Source: an uncultured bacterium
GTDB taxonomy: Bacteria > Babelota > Babeliae > Babelales > Babelaceae
NCBI GenBank assembly: GCA_963722385.1
Contig: CAVRKK010000002.1
Coordinates: 928,001 to 992,000 of the forward strand
Direction of reading: 5' to 3'
DNA length: 64,000 bases
Part shown: positions 62,393 to 64,000 of the stretch, one piece after another
Layout of the letters: each line of letters starts with the position of its first letter
Position numbering within the stretch: the stretch's first letter is position 1
Translations under genes and position numbers: made by a program
Notes under the pieces: model-generated
Told to the model about the DNA's origin: nothing
The model's input: only the letters and a program-made list of their open reading frames with translations
The model's database searches: none

Positions 62393-64000
62393 ATGGAGTT
62401 TAAAAATTATCTTAAAGCAGTTAGTTGTTTGATAGCTTTTCTTTTCGCTAAGCAGACGATGTCCGTTGATCTATGTAGGTTAGTAGGGGAAAGTTATGCG
62501 TCACCTGCTGGGCTCTTTCCTCAGTCAGTGGCTTTCTCTCCAGATGGTTCTTATGTTGCTACTGCTAACGGGGGCTCAAGTAATGTGACACTATTTACTG
62601 TTGGAGCAGGAGGAGCTTTATCAAACGGTACCTCTTATATCTTACCTTCTGGCTCTAGCTATCCTATGTCAGTGGCTTTTTCGCCTGATGGTTCATATCT
62701 AGCCACCGCTAATAGTAATTCAAATAATATAACGGTATTTCAGGTAGAAGCAGGCGGGGTATTAAGTACAAGTACATTGTATGAGCTACCCGTAGGTTCT
62801 GTTGGTCCTAGTTCAGTAGCTTTCTCACCTGATGGTCTATGCTTAGCAACTGCTAATAATTCGGATGTCACTATTTTTAGTGTAGGAGCAGATGGAGCGT
62901 TATCAGGAGCAATCTCGTATCCATTGCCATCAGGTTCTTTTGATTCTCAGTCAATGGCGTTTGCTCCTAATGGTTTATATCTTGCTATCGCCAATTATTC
63001 AAATGATGTAACTATATTCCAAGTAGGGATAGGAGGCAGTCTTTCAAACGCTGTTTCTTATGCTTTGCCGAGCGGCTCTCTATGGCCTACCTCAGTAGCA
63101 TTTTCACCTAATGGCTCATATCTTGCTACTGCTAACTATAATTCAAGTGATGTAGCGATATTTCAAGTGGGGGCTGGAGGAGTATTAAGTGGGGGAACTC
63201 CATATGCTTTGCCAAGTGGTTCTACCTACCCTTATTCAGTCGCCTTTTCACCAAATAGCTCATATCTTGTTACTGCTGATGAAATTTCCAATAACCTAAC
63301 ACTATTTCAGGTAGGCGCAGGAGGAGTACTTAGTGGAGCGACCTCCTTTGCACTACCAAATGGTTCACGTCAACCTTATTCAGTAGCATTTTCACCTAAT
63401 GGCTCATATCTTGCTACTGCTAATTTTGGCTCAAATGATGTAGCAATGTTTCAGGTAGGTGTAGGAGGCGTATTGTCGGGTAGCATATCATACGCGTTAC
63501 CTTCAGGTGTTAGTGGTACTCAATCAGTAGCATTTTCCCCAAATGGTTCATATCTTGCTACTGCTAACTATGGCTCAGGTGATGTAACGATATTTCAAGT
63601 AGGAGCAGGAGGTGTGTTGAGTTCAGGAACATCGTATGCATTACCTACGGGATCAAGCCCAAATTCAATAGCATTTTCCCCCGATGGCTCCTATCTTGCT
63701 ACTGCTAATTTCGAGTCGGTAGGGTCAGGAGATGTAGTCGTATTTCAAGTAGGGGCGGGAGGCATATTAAGTGGAGGAACAGCGTATGGTTTGGCTTCGG
63801 GTTCTTTCGCTCCTTATTCAGTATCTTTTTCACCAAATGGCTTATATCTAGCCACCGCTAATGAAGGCTCAAGTGATGTAACGGTATTTCAGGTAGGAGC
63901 CGGCGGCGTCCTAAGCGGAGCGACATCATATGCGTTACCGTCAGGTTCTGGCAACCCCTACTCAATAGCCTTCTCACCCAATGGTTCATATGTAGTCACT
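62393..64000 (+). CDS. Secreted beta-propeller repeat protein (runs off window)
   Basis: Not in ORF track (no stop in window). MEFKNYLKAVSCLIAFLFA, then 11 in-frame 46-51 aa repeats P.SVAFSP.GSYLATAN..S.DVT.FQVGAGG.LS...SY.LP.GS. Confidence 0.9.
   Translation, partial: MEFKNYLKAVSCLIAFLFAKQTMSVDLCRLVGESYASPAGLFPQSVAFSPDGSYVATANGGSSNVTLFTVGAGGALSNGTSYILPSGSSYPMSVAFSPDGSYLATANSNSNNITVFQVEAGGVLSTSTLYELPVGSVGPSSVAFSPDGLCLATANNSDVTIFSVGADGALSGAISYPLPSGSFDSQSMAFAPNGLYLAIANYSNDVTIFQVGIGGSLSNAVSYALPSGSLWPTSVAFSPNGSYLATANYNSSDVAIFQVGAGGVLSGGTPYALPSGSTYPYSVAFSPNSSYLVTADEISNNLTLFQVGAGGVLSGATSFALPNGSRQPYSVAFSPNGSYLATANFGSNDVAMFQVGVGGVLSGSISYALPSGVSGTQSVAFSPNGSYLATANYGSGDVTIFQVGAGGVLSSGTSYALPTGSSPNSIAFSPDGSYLATANFESVGSGDVVVFQVGAGGILSGGTAYGLASGSFAPYSVSFSPNGLYLATANEGSSDVTVFQVGAGGVLSGATSYALPSGSGNPYSIAFSPNGSYVVT

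Noticed and set aside
62500..64000. ~144-bp periodic repeats as a possible CRISPR array
   Set aside because: Period is a multiple of 3 with synonymous variation in one open frame; no identical repeats with unique spacers and no cas genes.

Overview
Bacterial chromosomal window with the profile of an intracellular parasite of protists. Dependentiae/TM6 (Babeliales) is my inference from the many signal-peptide ankyrin proteins and overall gene content, not a database result. Core genes (dnaJ, bamA, cysS, trxA, hinT, prfB, gmk, a PilC/GspF homologue), seven tRNAs and a full 16S-Ile-Ala-23S-5S operon are interleaved with accessory DNA. The accessory DNA includes two ISAs1 copies, IS5 and IS200 remnants, an AbrB/Doc toxin-antitoxin module between 44-bp direct repeats, a 5.7-kb decaying island between ~125-bp direct repeats, and many secreted-looking proteins. 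Most notable: (i) two group I introns in the 23S gene (L1923 and L1951) around a 28-nt exon, the first ending in A instead of the canonical omega-G; (ii) an operon of three secreted proteins each built of four Cache domains with no signalling output; (iii) a small family of outer-membrane-barrel-like proteins, one carrying an exported DnaJ J-domain; (iv) a eukaryote-like collagen-galactosyltransferase domain fused to an FkbM methyltransferase; (v) a shared promoter/leader cassette and a Met after the predicted cleavage site in secreted proteins. No CRISPR array was seen. All calls come from reading the sequence; no searches were run.
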